Assembly: GCA_046728055.1 (NCBI GenBank)
Contig: JBKPDU010000029.1
Coordinates: forward strand, 1-42,131
Reading direction: 5' to 3'
DNA length: 42,131 bases
Origin: Actinomycetota bacterium
GTDB taxonomy: Bacteria > Actinomycetota > UBA4738 > HRBIN12
Shown here: one piece after another, positions 1 through 7,929 of the stretch
How positions within the stretch are numbered: position 1 is the stretch's first letter
Layout: each line of letters opens with the position of its first letter
Translations under genes and position numbers: made by a program
The notes under the pieces: model-generated
Database searches by the model: none
What the model saw: only the letters and a program-made list of their open reading frames with translations
Told to the model about the DNA's origin: nothing

Positions 1-1
1 C

Positions 2-685
2 CTCGGGGCGGAGGTGGTGGCCAATCGCGCGGTCCTCGGCCCACCGTCGAGCGGCCTGTCCCTCCGACCGTGGCGACCGGCATGGGACGCCTTCCTCCGG
101 TCGGGACGACGGCTGGCCCTCACCGCCGGGACCTTCGTCTCTGTCGACGTCCGCCGGTGCTACCCGTCGATCGGCCCGCATCTGGTTCGGCAATCCCTTC
201 GTCGGTTGGGATGCGCCATGGATGATGTCCGGGACGTGACAGCCATGCTCGAAGAGTTGGATGCGGCGGGCGTCCGAGGGCTTCCCATCGGGCCGGACCC
301 ATCCGCCGTCTTGGCCAACGCGGTCCTCTCCGCGGCCGACGAGACACTTCAGGCGGCCGGCGTTCGGCACCTCCGGTGGGTCGACGACGTGTGGATCTTC
401 GCGCCCAGCCGGCCTGAGGCCGTCGCGGCGCTCGTGTCGCTCGAGCGGTGGCTCGAGGGTCATGGGCTCTCGCTGGCTCCGGAGAAGACCGTGATACTCG
501 ACCAGCCCCACGAGATCGCCGCAGCGATCGCTCGTGGCGACGTGTCGCTCGCGACCCCGCGTTATCATCGGCGCTCCGATGCGCACGCTCTACCGGGCGT
601 CCATGGTGCACACCCTCTCGTACCCGCCGAAGGGGGAGTGGGTCCTGATCGACGGACGCCACGTGCAGCGCGTGGGATCGGGTGA
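2..685 (+). CDS. RNA-directed DNA polymerase (reverse transcriptase) domain protein, likely 5'-partial
   Basis: RT palm motifs in order: DVRRCYPSI (146-172), GLPIGPDPSAVLAN (from 278), LRWVDDVWIF (WVDD 377-388), GLSLAPEKT (ends 490). The frame is open from the window edge, so the true start probably lies upstream; the track's start is GTG 14. Confidence 0.82.
   Translation, partial: LGAEVVANRAVLGPPSSGLSLRPWRPAWDAFLRSGRRLALTAGTFVSVDVRRCYPSIGPHLVRQSLRRLGCAMDDVRDVTAMLEELDAAGVRGLPIGPDPSAVLANAVLSAADETLQAAGVRHLRWVDDVWIFAPSRPEAVAALVSLERWLEGHGLSLAPEKTVILDQPHEIAAAIARGDVSLATPRYHRRSDAHALPGVHGAHPLVPAEGGVGPDRRTPRAARGIG
563..568 (+). promoter_or_regulatory. Putative -10 element (TATCAT) for the amidohydrolase, inside the RT gene
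   Basis: TANNNT hexamer 10 nt upstream of ATG 579; no SD seen. Confidence 0.35.
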
Positions 686-2093
686 CCCGCCGCAGGCCGA
701 TCGGGTGGTCGAGCTTCCCGGAACCACGATCATCCCCGGCTTCGTGGACGCCCATGTCCATCTGACTGGCACCGGCGTTCAGCATCAGGCCCCCGAGGTG
801 GCATCGGCCCGATCCTCACAGGAGCTGATCGAGGTGCTCCGCGAGGTGATCAAGGACAAGGACGGCCCCGTCCTGGTTCACGGATACGACGAGTCGAAAT
901 GGGACAAGCCGGAGCTTCCCACCATCCACGAGCTCGACGGCCTGACGGAGCTGCCACTCGCCGTGGTCCGGGTGGACGGCCATCTGACGCTCGCCAATAC
1001 CAAGGGCTTGGATCTGTCCGGCGCCCTGGACGCGAGCGATGGCGTCGAGCAAGACACGGCGGGTCGCCCGACCGGAAAGGTGACCAAGGTCGCCAACACC
1101 ATCCTCCGGCACTGGTTCCAGCAGCACCTGGCCGATCACGATGTCGAGGAGCTCCAGCTCGAGGCGGCGAGCCTCGCGGTTGCCCAGGGGGTGACGTGCA
1201 TCCACGAGATGTCCATGCCAAAGGAGCGGGGGATGCGCGACCTCGAGATCCTCCTCCGACACCGGGCTCGCCTGCCGCTCGACGTGGTGCCATACGTGGC
1301 GACCACCGACGTCGGTCGGGTCCTGGACCTCGGCCTGCGCCGGATCGGAGGTGACCTACCCGTGGACGGGTCGATCGGGGCCCGCACGGCCTGGCTGTTC
1401 GAGCCGTTCGCCGACCACGAGGGGAACGGTTCCGGGTACTTCGGCGACGACGAGCTGGCCGAGTTCTTCCACGGCGCCCACCTTGCCGGGTTGCAGGTAG
1501 GGGTTCATGCCATCGGGGACGCTGCCATCGACCAGGTCGCCCGGACGTGGGAGCGCGTCTACCAGGCCCTGGACAGTCGGGAGCGGCGCCACTTCCGCGC
1601 CCGCCGTCACCGGGTCGAGCACTTCGAGATGGCCAACGGTGAGCTCGTCGAGCGGGTCGCGGCGCTCGGATTGGCCATCTCGGTGCAACCATCGTTCGAC
1701 GCCGAGTGGGGACATCCCGGCGGCTTGTACGAGCAGGGACTGGGGTGGGGGAGGGCACAGGGGATGAACCCCTTCCGCACCCTCCTGGATCGAGGGCTCG
1801 AGGTCGGCGCAGGCTCGGACTCGCCGATCACCATGATCGATCCCATGGCGGGCATCGGCGCCTTCGAGGCCCATCACGACCCGGCTCAACGGCTCCACCG
1901 GGAGGAAGCCGTTCGCGCGTACACGATCGGGGCAGCGCGTCTGGCCCACCAGGAGGACAAGAAGGGGACCCTGGCCCCCGGGAGGCACGCCGACTTCGCG
2001 GCCTACGAGCTCGATCCGATGGTGACCCATTCGGTGCAGGGACTTCGCCCGGTCCTCACCGTGTCGCTCGGCCGCGATGTGTACGCGGCGTGA
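579..2093 (+). CDS. Metal-dependent amidohydrolase (Amidohydro_3 / YtcJ-like)
   Basis: IIPGFVDAHVH metal motif, DGSIGARTA, HAIGDAA, RHRVEH, AGSDSP, KGTLAPGRHADF. ATG 579 preferred over GTG 534. Confidence 0.9.
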   Translation: MRTLYRASMVHTLSYPPKGEWVLIDGRHVQRVGSGDPPQADRVVELPGTTIIPGFVDAHVHLTGTGVQHQAPEVASARSSQELIEVLREVIKDKDGPVLVHGYDESKWDKPELPTIHELDGLTELPLAVVRVDGHLTLANTKGLDLSGALDASDGVEQDTAGRPTGKVTKVANTILRHWFQQHLADHDVEELQLEAASLAVAQGVTCIHEMSMPKERGMRDLEILLRHRARLPLDVVPYVATTDVGRVLDLGLRRIGGDLPVDGSIGARTAWLFEPFADHEGNGSGYFGDDELAEFFHGAHLAGLQVGVHAIGDAAIDQVARTWERVYQALDSRERRHFRARRHRVEHFEMANGELVERVAALGLAISVQPSFDAEWGHPGGLYEQGLGWGRAQGMNPFRTLLDRGLEVGAGSDSPITMIDPMAGIGAFEAHHDPAQRLHREEAVRAYTIGAARLAHQEDKKGTLAPGRHADFAAYELDPMVTHSVQGLRPVLTVSLGRDVYAA

Positions 2094-2117
2094 CCGTGAC
2101 CGGTCCCGCCTGCAGGT

Positions 2118-2147
2118 TTGACACCTGTCCGCCGACCGACCTACAGT
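2118..2147 (+). promoter_or_regulatory. SigA-type promoter TTGACA-N18-TACAGT
   Basis: Perfect -35 at 2118-2123 and TANNNT -10 at 2142-2147 in an intergenic region. Confidence 0.65.
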
Positions 2148-2150
2148 ACG

Positions 2151-2255
2151 GCCGCGTCGCCGCCGAGCGGCGACGCGGCGAGGACCCAAGAGGCTGAGTA
2201 GAGAACTCGGCGCCCCGGCGCCGTGGCCCCAAAGGTCTCTTGGGTCCTCTTTTGT
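2151..2255 (+). ncRNA. Candidate structured small RNA or attenuator of unknown family
   Basis: Perfect 13-bp hairpin 2151-2163/2167-2179. A second perfect 13-bp stem 2180-2192/2237-2249 encloses internal hairpins and is followed by TTTTGTCTT. Lies directly downstream of the promoter above. Confidence 0.45.
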
Positions 2256-2340
2256 CTTCCTTCTTCTTCCTGCCCCAGTTAGCTGCTTTCGTCATGTGGG
2301 AACAAGCAGTGGGTCGCTGGCGTTTACGCGGCGGAAGGGG

Positions 2341-2368
2341 TTGCCGGACGGTTTTCGGGCAGTACAAT
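2341..2368 (+). promoter_or_regulatory. Putative promoter TTGCCG-N16-TACAAT for the DUF4193 gene
   Basis: -10 TACAAT at 2363-2368; SD-like AGAGGGA before ATG 2391. Confidence 0.5.
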
Positions 2369-2390
2369 CCCCCGGCCGGAAAGAGGGAAC

Positions 2391-2729
2391 ATGGAAGACA
2401 TCGAAGAGAGCCTCGACGACGAGGAGATCGAGGAAGAGGTCGAGGACTCCGAGGCACCGTCCGAGGAGGTCCCCGCCCCGGCGACGGCTTCCGACGGGGA
2501 GGACGTCGAATCGATCGAGGACCTCCTGGTCAAGAAGGAGGCCAGGGAAGGCGAGGAAGAGGAGGATGATGGCCTCATCAGCCTGTCCCGTGAGGAGCGT
2601 CTGGAGCCGCTCGCGGTCAAGGTCGTCCCGCCTCAGCCCACCGAGTTCATATGCAAGAAGTGCTACCTGGTGAAGCATCGAAGCCAGCTCAAGGACAAGG
2701 CCAAGATGCTCTGCCGCGACTGCGCCTGA
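2391..2729 (+). CDS. DUF4193 family protein (acidic N-terminus, C-terminal Zn-finger-like)
   Basis: LAVKVVPPQPTEFICKKCYLVKHRSQL...CRDCA matches the actinobacterial DUF4193 signature; clear RBS. Confidence 0.88.
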   Translation: MEDIEESLDDEEIEEEVEDSEAPSEEVPAPATASDGEDVESIEDLLVKKEAREGEEEEDDGLISLSREERLEPLAVKVVPPQPTEFICKKCYLVKHRSQLKDKAKMLCRDCA

Positions 2730-4975
2730 GCCGCTCTCCGTTCAAGCCCTCCATCGCCCTCGCGACCTGTGCCCTCTCTGGGTTGCTGCTCTCCCTGGCG
2801 CTCCCGCCCGCGAACGTTGGTGTACTGGCGTTCCTCGCGCCCATCCCGTTCCTGTGGCTGGTCCGAACGGCCCGTCCGTGGCGGGGTGCCCTGTTCGGGC
2901 TGGCCTTCGGGGTCGCGTACTTCGGGGCGGTCCTGTACTGGATCTGGCAGTTCGGGGAGCTGGCCTGGGGGGCCCTGACCCTTGCCTGCGCGGCGTACAT
3001 GGCGGCCTTCGGGCTACTGGCGCCGGCCGTGTGGCGAGCCGAGCGACCCATCCGATCCGTCGCCGGGCTCGCCGCCTTGTGGACGATCCAGGAGTGGCTC
3101 CGGGGGATGTGGCCGGTGGGCGGGTTCGGATGGGGACAGCTGGGGTCCACCCAGACCGGCAACCCGTTCCTCCTCCCTCTGGCCTCGGTGACGGGGGTGT
3201 GGGGCCTCACCTTCGTGGTGGTCCTGGTGGCCGGGATGCTGATGCTCGCCGTGGAGCGAGCCCGGAGCAGACCGACCGCAGCCGCGATCCTGGCGGGGAT
3301 GGCGGTCGTGGTGAGCCTTTCCCCCGGACTCATCCCCGTCCCTCGGCCCGAGGGGCGAACCCTCGACGTGGCGGCGGTCCAGGTGGACGTGCGCTCGGCA
3401 CGCGGTCTCACCGCAGTGCAGGAGGACCGGCGGGTGGGGGACTTGAACGTGGCCTTGCACCGGCAGCTCGCCGCCGTTCCGCCGGACCTCGTGGTCTGGG
3501 GCGAGAGCGCCCTCGACCCGGGGGCCAGCGGGTCTCAGTTCCGTGCCCGGGTGACACAGGCGATCCGGGACGTGGGCGTGCCCACGCTCGTCGGGGCCGT
3601 GGTGCGGACGCCCGAGGGGGCCTACCACAACGAAGGGTTGCTGTTCGGCCCGGACGGAGGCCTCCTCGGCGAGTACCGCAAGGTGCATCTCGTCCCGTTC
3701 GGCGAGTACGTTCCGTTCCGTGATGAACTCTCGTGGATCTCCGCCCTTCAGCAGATCCCATACGATGAGACGCCGGGGGAGCGGGTTCACCCACTGAGGG
3801 TCGACGGCATCACGTTCGGCGACGTGATCTGCTTCGAGAACAGCTTCCCCTCGATCGACCGCACCCTGGTCGCGCAGGGCGCCGGGTTCCTGGTCGTTCA
3901 GACCAACAACGCGTCCTACGGGTTCACCGCCGCGTCTCGGCAGCACCTGCTGATGAGCCAACTGCGGGCTGTGGAGAACGGCCGGTGGGTGGTGCACGCG
4001 GCCGTGTCGGGGATCAGCGCGTTCATCGACCCCGACGGCCGGGTGGTGGCCCAGGCCGGGCTGTTCGAACCGACGATCCTCCGTCACCAGATCCAAGTGT
4101 CGGCCCGAAGGACTCTGTACACGCGGTTCGGCGACTGGGTGCCCTGGGCGTCGGTCGTACTGGCGTCTGGCCTGCTCCTCGCGCCGCGGCGCAGGAAGCG
4201 CTCGGCCCTTCCGGTCGAGCCGCTGCGCGAGCAGCCGAGAACGCTGGTGATCCTCCCCACGTACGACGAGCGGGCCACGATCGAGGCGGTGGTCGGAGGG
4301 CTACTGGCCCTCCCGGACGCCCTGGACGTGCTCGTGGTGGACGATGCCTCACCCGATGGGACGGCGGACGTGGTCCGAACCATCGCGGAGGGCGAACCCC
4401 GAGTGCGCCTGGTGGAGCGGCCGGCCAAGGCCGGGCTGGCCGGAGCGTACCGGGAGGGGTTTGTCATGGCGCTGAAGGAGGGGTACGACCTCGTCGTGGA
4501 GATGGATGCCGACCTGTCCCACGATCCGGCGGAGCTTGCGGGATTGCTCTCCGCGGCCCACGGGTTCCACCTCGTGGTGGGGAGCCGGTACGTCCCCGGT
4601 GGCTCGGTCACCAACTGGAGCCGCACCCGCGTCGCCCTGTCCCGGGCCGGGAATGCCTACGCCCGGCGGTGGCTGGGGCTCCCCCTGCACGACGCCACGA
4701 GCGGCTTCCGGGTGTTCCACCGTGACCTCCTGGTCCACCTCACTGCCGATCCAATCCGTTCCGATGGCTACGGATTCCAGATCGAGCTGGTGCTGCGAGC
4801 GTGGGACGCCGGGTACTCGCTTGGCGAGGTCCCCATCACGTTCCGCGAACGCCAGCACGGCCACTCCAAGATCTCCAGGAAGATCGTGATCGAGGCCCTG
4901 TGGCTGGTGACCCTGTGGGGGGCGCGGATGCGCCTGGGCCGGCCTCCCCTCCGTCCCTCTCCGCAACGCCCATAA
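2726..4975 (+). CDS. lnt: Apolipoprotein N-acyltransferase fused to polyprenol-monophosphomannose synthase (Lnt-Ppm1)
   Basis: TM helices; nitrilase-fold triad VWGES / YRKVHLVPFGEYVP / VICFEN; C-terminal GT2 domain (ILPTYDE, VVDDASPDGT, EMDADLSHDP, DATSGFR). Start uncertain (CTG 2726 or TTG near 2783). Confidence 0.9.
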   Translation: MSRSPFKPSIALATCALSGLLLSLALPPANVGVLAFLAPIPFLWLVRTARPWRGALFGLAFGVAYFGAVLYWIWQFGELAWGALTLACAAYMAAFGLLAPAVWRAERPIRSVAGLAALWTIQEWLRGMWPVGGFGWGQLGSTQTGNPFLLPLASVTGVWGLTFVVVLVAGMLMLAVERARSRPTAAAILAGMAVVVSLSPGLIPVPRPEGRTLDVAAVQVDVRSARGLTAVQEDRRVGDLNVALHRQLAAVPPDLVVWGESALDPGASGSQFRARVTQAIRDVGVPTLVGAVVRTPEGAYHNEGLLFGPDGGLLGEYRKVHLVPFGEYVPFRDELSWISALQQIPYDETPGERVHPLRVDGITFGDVICFENSFPSIDRTLVAQGAGFLVVQTNNASYGFTAASRQHLLMSQLRAVENGRWVVHAAVSGISAFIDPDGRVVAQAGLFEPTILRHQIQVSARRTLYTRFGDWVPWASVVLASGLLLAPRRRKRSALPVEPLREQPRTLVILPTYDERATIEAVVGGLLALPDALDVLVVDDASPDGTADVVRTIAEGEPRVRLVERPAKAGLAGAYREGFVMALKEGYDLVVEMDADLSHDPAELAGLLSAAHGFHLVVGSRYVPGGSVTNWSRTRVALSRAGNAYARRWLGLPLHDATSGFRVFHRDLLVHLTADPIRSDGYGFQIELVLRAWDAGYSLGEVPITFRERQHGHSKISRKIVIEALWLVTLWGARMRLGRPPLRPSPQRP

Positions 4976-4992
4976 TCGACATTATGGAAACT
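4965..4992. other. dif-like chromosome dimer resolution site (XerC/XerD)
   Basis: AACGCCCATAA-TCGACA-TTATGGAAACT: 11-6-11 layout with ATAA/TTATG inner cores, AT-rich in a high-GC background, located where gene orientation converges. Confidence 0.75.
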
Positions 4993-5088
4993 ACCGGACG
5001 AGATCCATCCCACGTGGTCCTGAGGACGCGGTAATTCGCGCGACTCCGGCGAGCGGCACGGTCCTGGGGACCACCCTGACCGAGCGGT

Positions 5089-6564
5089 CTACGACCAGCG
5101 GAGCTTGAGGTGCCTGGCGGCTCGGGCCTCGTCGAGCCGCCGCACGGGCGTGGTGACCGGTGCTTGGTGCAGGACGTCCGGGTCCGTCTTCGCTTCCTGG
5201 GCGGCCTGGACCATGGCAGCCGCCAAGGCGTCCAGGGTCTCCCGGCTCTCGGTCTCGGTGGGTTCCACCATCATCGACTCCTCCACGACGAGCGGGAAGT
5301 AGACGGTCGATGGATGGAAGCCGAGGTCGATGACACGCTTGGCGATGTCGACGGCGCGGACCCCGGTTCGCTCGCGGAGCGGTCTGGCGGTCGCCACGAA
5401 CTCGTGCATCGGCCTTCCCGGGTAGGCCAGGGGGAACGCCTCCTTCACCAGCTCGGCCAGGTAGTTCGCGTTCAGGACGGCACGCTCCGCCACCTGCTGG
5501 AGGCCGTCGCTCCCGTGTAGGAACACATAGGCGTACGCGCGGACGAGGACGCCGAAGTTCCCGTGAAAGCCATGCATCCGACCGATCGAGTCCGGGCGAT
5601 CTGCGGACAGGCGGAACTCCCCCGTCGCCTCGTCCCGCTCCACCGACGGCACGGGGAGGTACGGCACGAGCTCCTCGGTCACCCCCACCGGCCCGGCCCC
5701 CGGCCCTCCCCCACCGTGCGGCGTGGCGAAGGTCTTGTGCGTGTTGATGTGGACGATGTCGAAGCCCATGTCGCCAGGTCTGCACCGTCCCAGGATGGCG
5801 TTGAGGTTCGCACCGTCGTAGTACACGAGGCCACCCGCGTTGTGGACGACGCTCGTGATCTTCTCGATCTCCTCCTCGAACAGTCCGAGTGTGTTCGGGT
5901 TGGTGAGCATCAGCCCCGCCACGTCCTCGTCCACCAACTTCTCGAGCGCAGAAACGTCGACCAGCCCTCGCGCGTCGGACGGGATGTGCATGGCCTCGTA
6001 CCCGGCCAAGCGAACGCTCGCCGGGTTGGTCCCGTGCGATGAGTCCGGGATCGCGATCCGGGTTCGAGGGTTGCCTTGCTTCGTGTGGTGGGCCCGCATG
6101 AGGAGCAAGCCGGTGAGCTCACCGCACGCTCCGGCGGGCGGTTGCATCGTGGCCCGCACCATTCCGGTGACCTCGCAGAGCGCACGCTCCAGACGCCACA
6201 ACATTTCCAGGGCTCCCTGGACGGTGTGGTCGGGCTGGTGCGGGTGGGCTCGCTGGAACCCCGGGAGCGCGGCCACCGTTTCGGCGATCTTGGGGTTGTA
6301 CTTCATCGAACAGGATCCGAGCGGATACACGCCGGTGTCGACGCCGTAATTCATCTGCGACAACCGGGTGTAGTGAGCGACGATGTCCCGCTCGGCCACC
6401 TCCGGGAGCGCCGGAGGATCGCGGCGCGCGAACTCCTCCGGCACGGCCGCCTCCGGGACGTCCGGCGCGGGGAAGCTGAACGCTCGGCGGCCGGGGCGGG
6501 ATCGCTCCATGATCGAGCCCGATCCGACGTCCGGACCCTGCGTGCGTACCGGGGCGCCGATCAC
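5089..6564 (-). CDS. gcvPB: Glycine dehydrogenase (decarboxylating) subunit 2
   Basis: YPLGSCSMKYNP, HGTNPAS, YYDGAN, PLP-lysine motif HINTHKTFATPHGGGGPG; GTGA overlap with the gcvPA stop. Confidence 0.93.
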   Translation of the reverse strand: MIGAPVRTQGPDVGSGSIMERSRPGRRAFSFPAPDVPEAAVPEEFARRDPPALPEVAERDIVAHYTRLSQMNYGVDTGVYPLGSCSMKYNPKIAETVAALPGFQRAHPHQPDHTVQGALEMLWRLERALCEVTGMVRATMQPPAGACGELTGLLLMRAHHTKQGNPRTRIAIPDSSHGTNPASVRLAGYEAMHIPSDARGLVDVSALEKLVDEDVAGLMLTNPNTLGLFEEEIEKITSVVHNAGGLVYYDGANLNAILGRCRPGDMGFDIVHINTHKTFATPHGGGGPGAGPVGVTEELVPYLPVPSVERDEATGEFRLSADRPDSIGRMHGFHGNFGVLVRAYAYVFLHGSDGLQQVAERAVLNANYLAELVKEAFPLAYPGRPMHEFVATARPLRERTGVRAVDIAKRVIDLGFHPSTVYFPLVVEESMMVEPTETESRETLDALAAAMVQAAQEAKTDPDVLHQAPVTTPVRRLDEARAARHLKLRWS

Positions 6565-7886
6565 TCCAGCGCCTCCCGCATCGCGCCGGCCAGGCCATCG
6601 ATCTCCGCCTTCGTCCGCCGCTCCGTGACCGCCACCAGCAGTGCGTGCCCGTCCACGTCGGTGAGCGGCACGCCGGCCAGGAACCCCCGCTGGATCAGCT
6701 CGTCGCGGATGTCCTCGGCTGATCGGGGAAGCCGCAGCGCGAATTCCTTGAAGGTTGGGGCGCCGGGGAACAGCGGCTCGACGCCGGGGATCTCGGTCAG
6801 CCGGTTGGCCGCGTACGCTGCCTTGGCCCAGCACCGCCTGCCCAGTTCGGCCAGGCCCTCGGGGCCGAGCCACGAGAGATAGACCGTCGCGGCGATGGCC
6901 ATCAAGGTCTGGTTGGTGCAGATGTTCGACGTCGCCTTCTCCCTGCGGATGTGCTGCTCGCGCGCCTGGAGGGTGAGGACGTACCCGACCTTGCCGTCCA
7001 CGTCCACGCTCTCGCCCACGATGCGCCCGGGCATCCGCCGAACGTCGTCCAGACGCGTGGCGATGATGCCCAGATACGGGCCGCCGAAGTTCAGGTGGTT
7101 GCCCAGGACCTGACCCTCCGCCACGGCGATGTCGGCGCGCAGCTCTCCCGGCGGGGCCAGCACGCCGAGTGACAGGGGGTCGAACACCTGGATGGCCCGG
7201 GCTCCGCCGGCGTGGGCCGCGCCGAACAGCTCACGTGCCGGTTCCAGGATCCCGTACCTGTTGGGATGCTGGACGATCACTGCGGCCACGTCATCCCCCA
7301 TCGGCGGATCGCCGCCACGGCCATCCTTCACCGGGAAGACCTCGGGTTCGTAGCCCGCTCCCCTGCCATAGGTCCGAAGGGTTTCCACATATCGCGGGTC
7401 GACCCCCCCGGAGACCAGGACCCGGTCCCGGCCGAGGGAGGACCGTGCCAGGTTCACCGCCTCCGCCAGCGCTGTGGCTCCGTCGTACAGCGAGGCGTTC
7501 GAGACATCGAGGCCGGTGAGCTCGCAGATCATCGACTGATATTCGAACAGGGCCTGCAGCACCCCCTGCGACAGTTCAGGCTGGTAGGGGGTGTACGAGG
7601 TATAGAACTCCGAGCGCCCCGCCAGGGCCCAAACCAACGAGGGCACGTAGTGGTCGTAGGCGCCGGCGCCGGCGAAACACACCAGGTCGTCGGTGTTCCG
7701 GTCGGTAGCGGCCAGCGCCCGCATGTCCGCGAGAATCTCCATCTCGGAGACGCCCGTGGGGAGATCCAGGGGCCCGTCCAGGCGAACCGAGGGCGGGATC
7801 TGCTCGAACAGCGCGTCCAGCCCGTCGATCCCGATCCGGGCGAGCATCTCCCGTACGTCGTCGTCCGTGTGCGGCGCGAACCTCAT
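6561..7886 (-). CDS. gcvPA: Glycine dehydrogenase (decarboxylating) subunit 1
   Basis: FAGAGAYDH, EFYTSYTPYQPELSQG, NASLYDG, REQHIRREKATSNICTNQ. Confidence 0.93.
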   Translation of the reverse strand: MRFAPHTDDDVREMLARIGIDGLDALFEQIPPSVRLDGPLDLPTGVSEMEILADMRALAATDRNTDDLVCFAGAGAYDHYVPSLVWALAGRSEFYTSYTPYQPELSQGVLQALFEYQSMICELTGLDVSNASLYDGATALAEAVNLARSSLGRDRVLVSGGVDPRYVETLRTYGRGAGYEPEVFPVKDGRGGDPPMGDDVAAVIVQHPNRYGILEPARELFGAAHAGGARAIQVFDPLSLGVLAPPGELRADIAVAEGQVLGNHLNFGGPYLGIIATRLDDVRRMPGRIVGESVDVDGKVGYVLTLQAREQHIRREKATSNICTNQTLMAIAATVYLSWLGPEGLAELGRRCWAKAAYAANRLTEIPGVEPLFPGAPTFKEFALRLPRSAEDIRDELIQRGFLAGVPLTDVDGHALLVAVTERRTKAEIDGLAGAMREALE

Positions 7887-7929
7887 GGCACCGGGCACAG
7901 TCTACGGCCTGGGCGCGTTTCGCTTGTCC

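Noticed and set aside
2-685. RT as a group II intron, DGR or CRISPR-associated RT
   Set aside because: No YADD, maturase or intron domain V/VI downstream, and no TR/VR repeat pair, cas1 or array in the window. The upstream context is unseen, so these are not fully excluded.
534-685. Programmed frameshift fusing the RT to the amidohydrolase
   Set aside because: No slippery sequence seen; the amidohydrolase has its own ATG and -10 candidate.
3350-4140. Nitrilase domain as a DRT1-like partner of the RT
   Set aside because: It is clearly the catalytic domain of the housekeeping Lnt (TM helices, KVHLVPFGEYVP).
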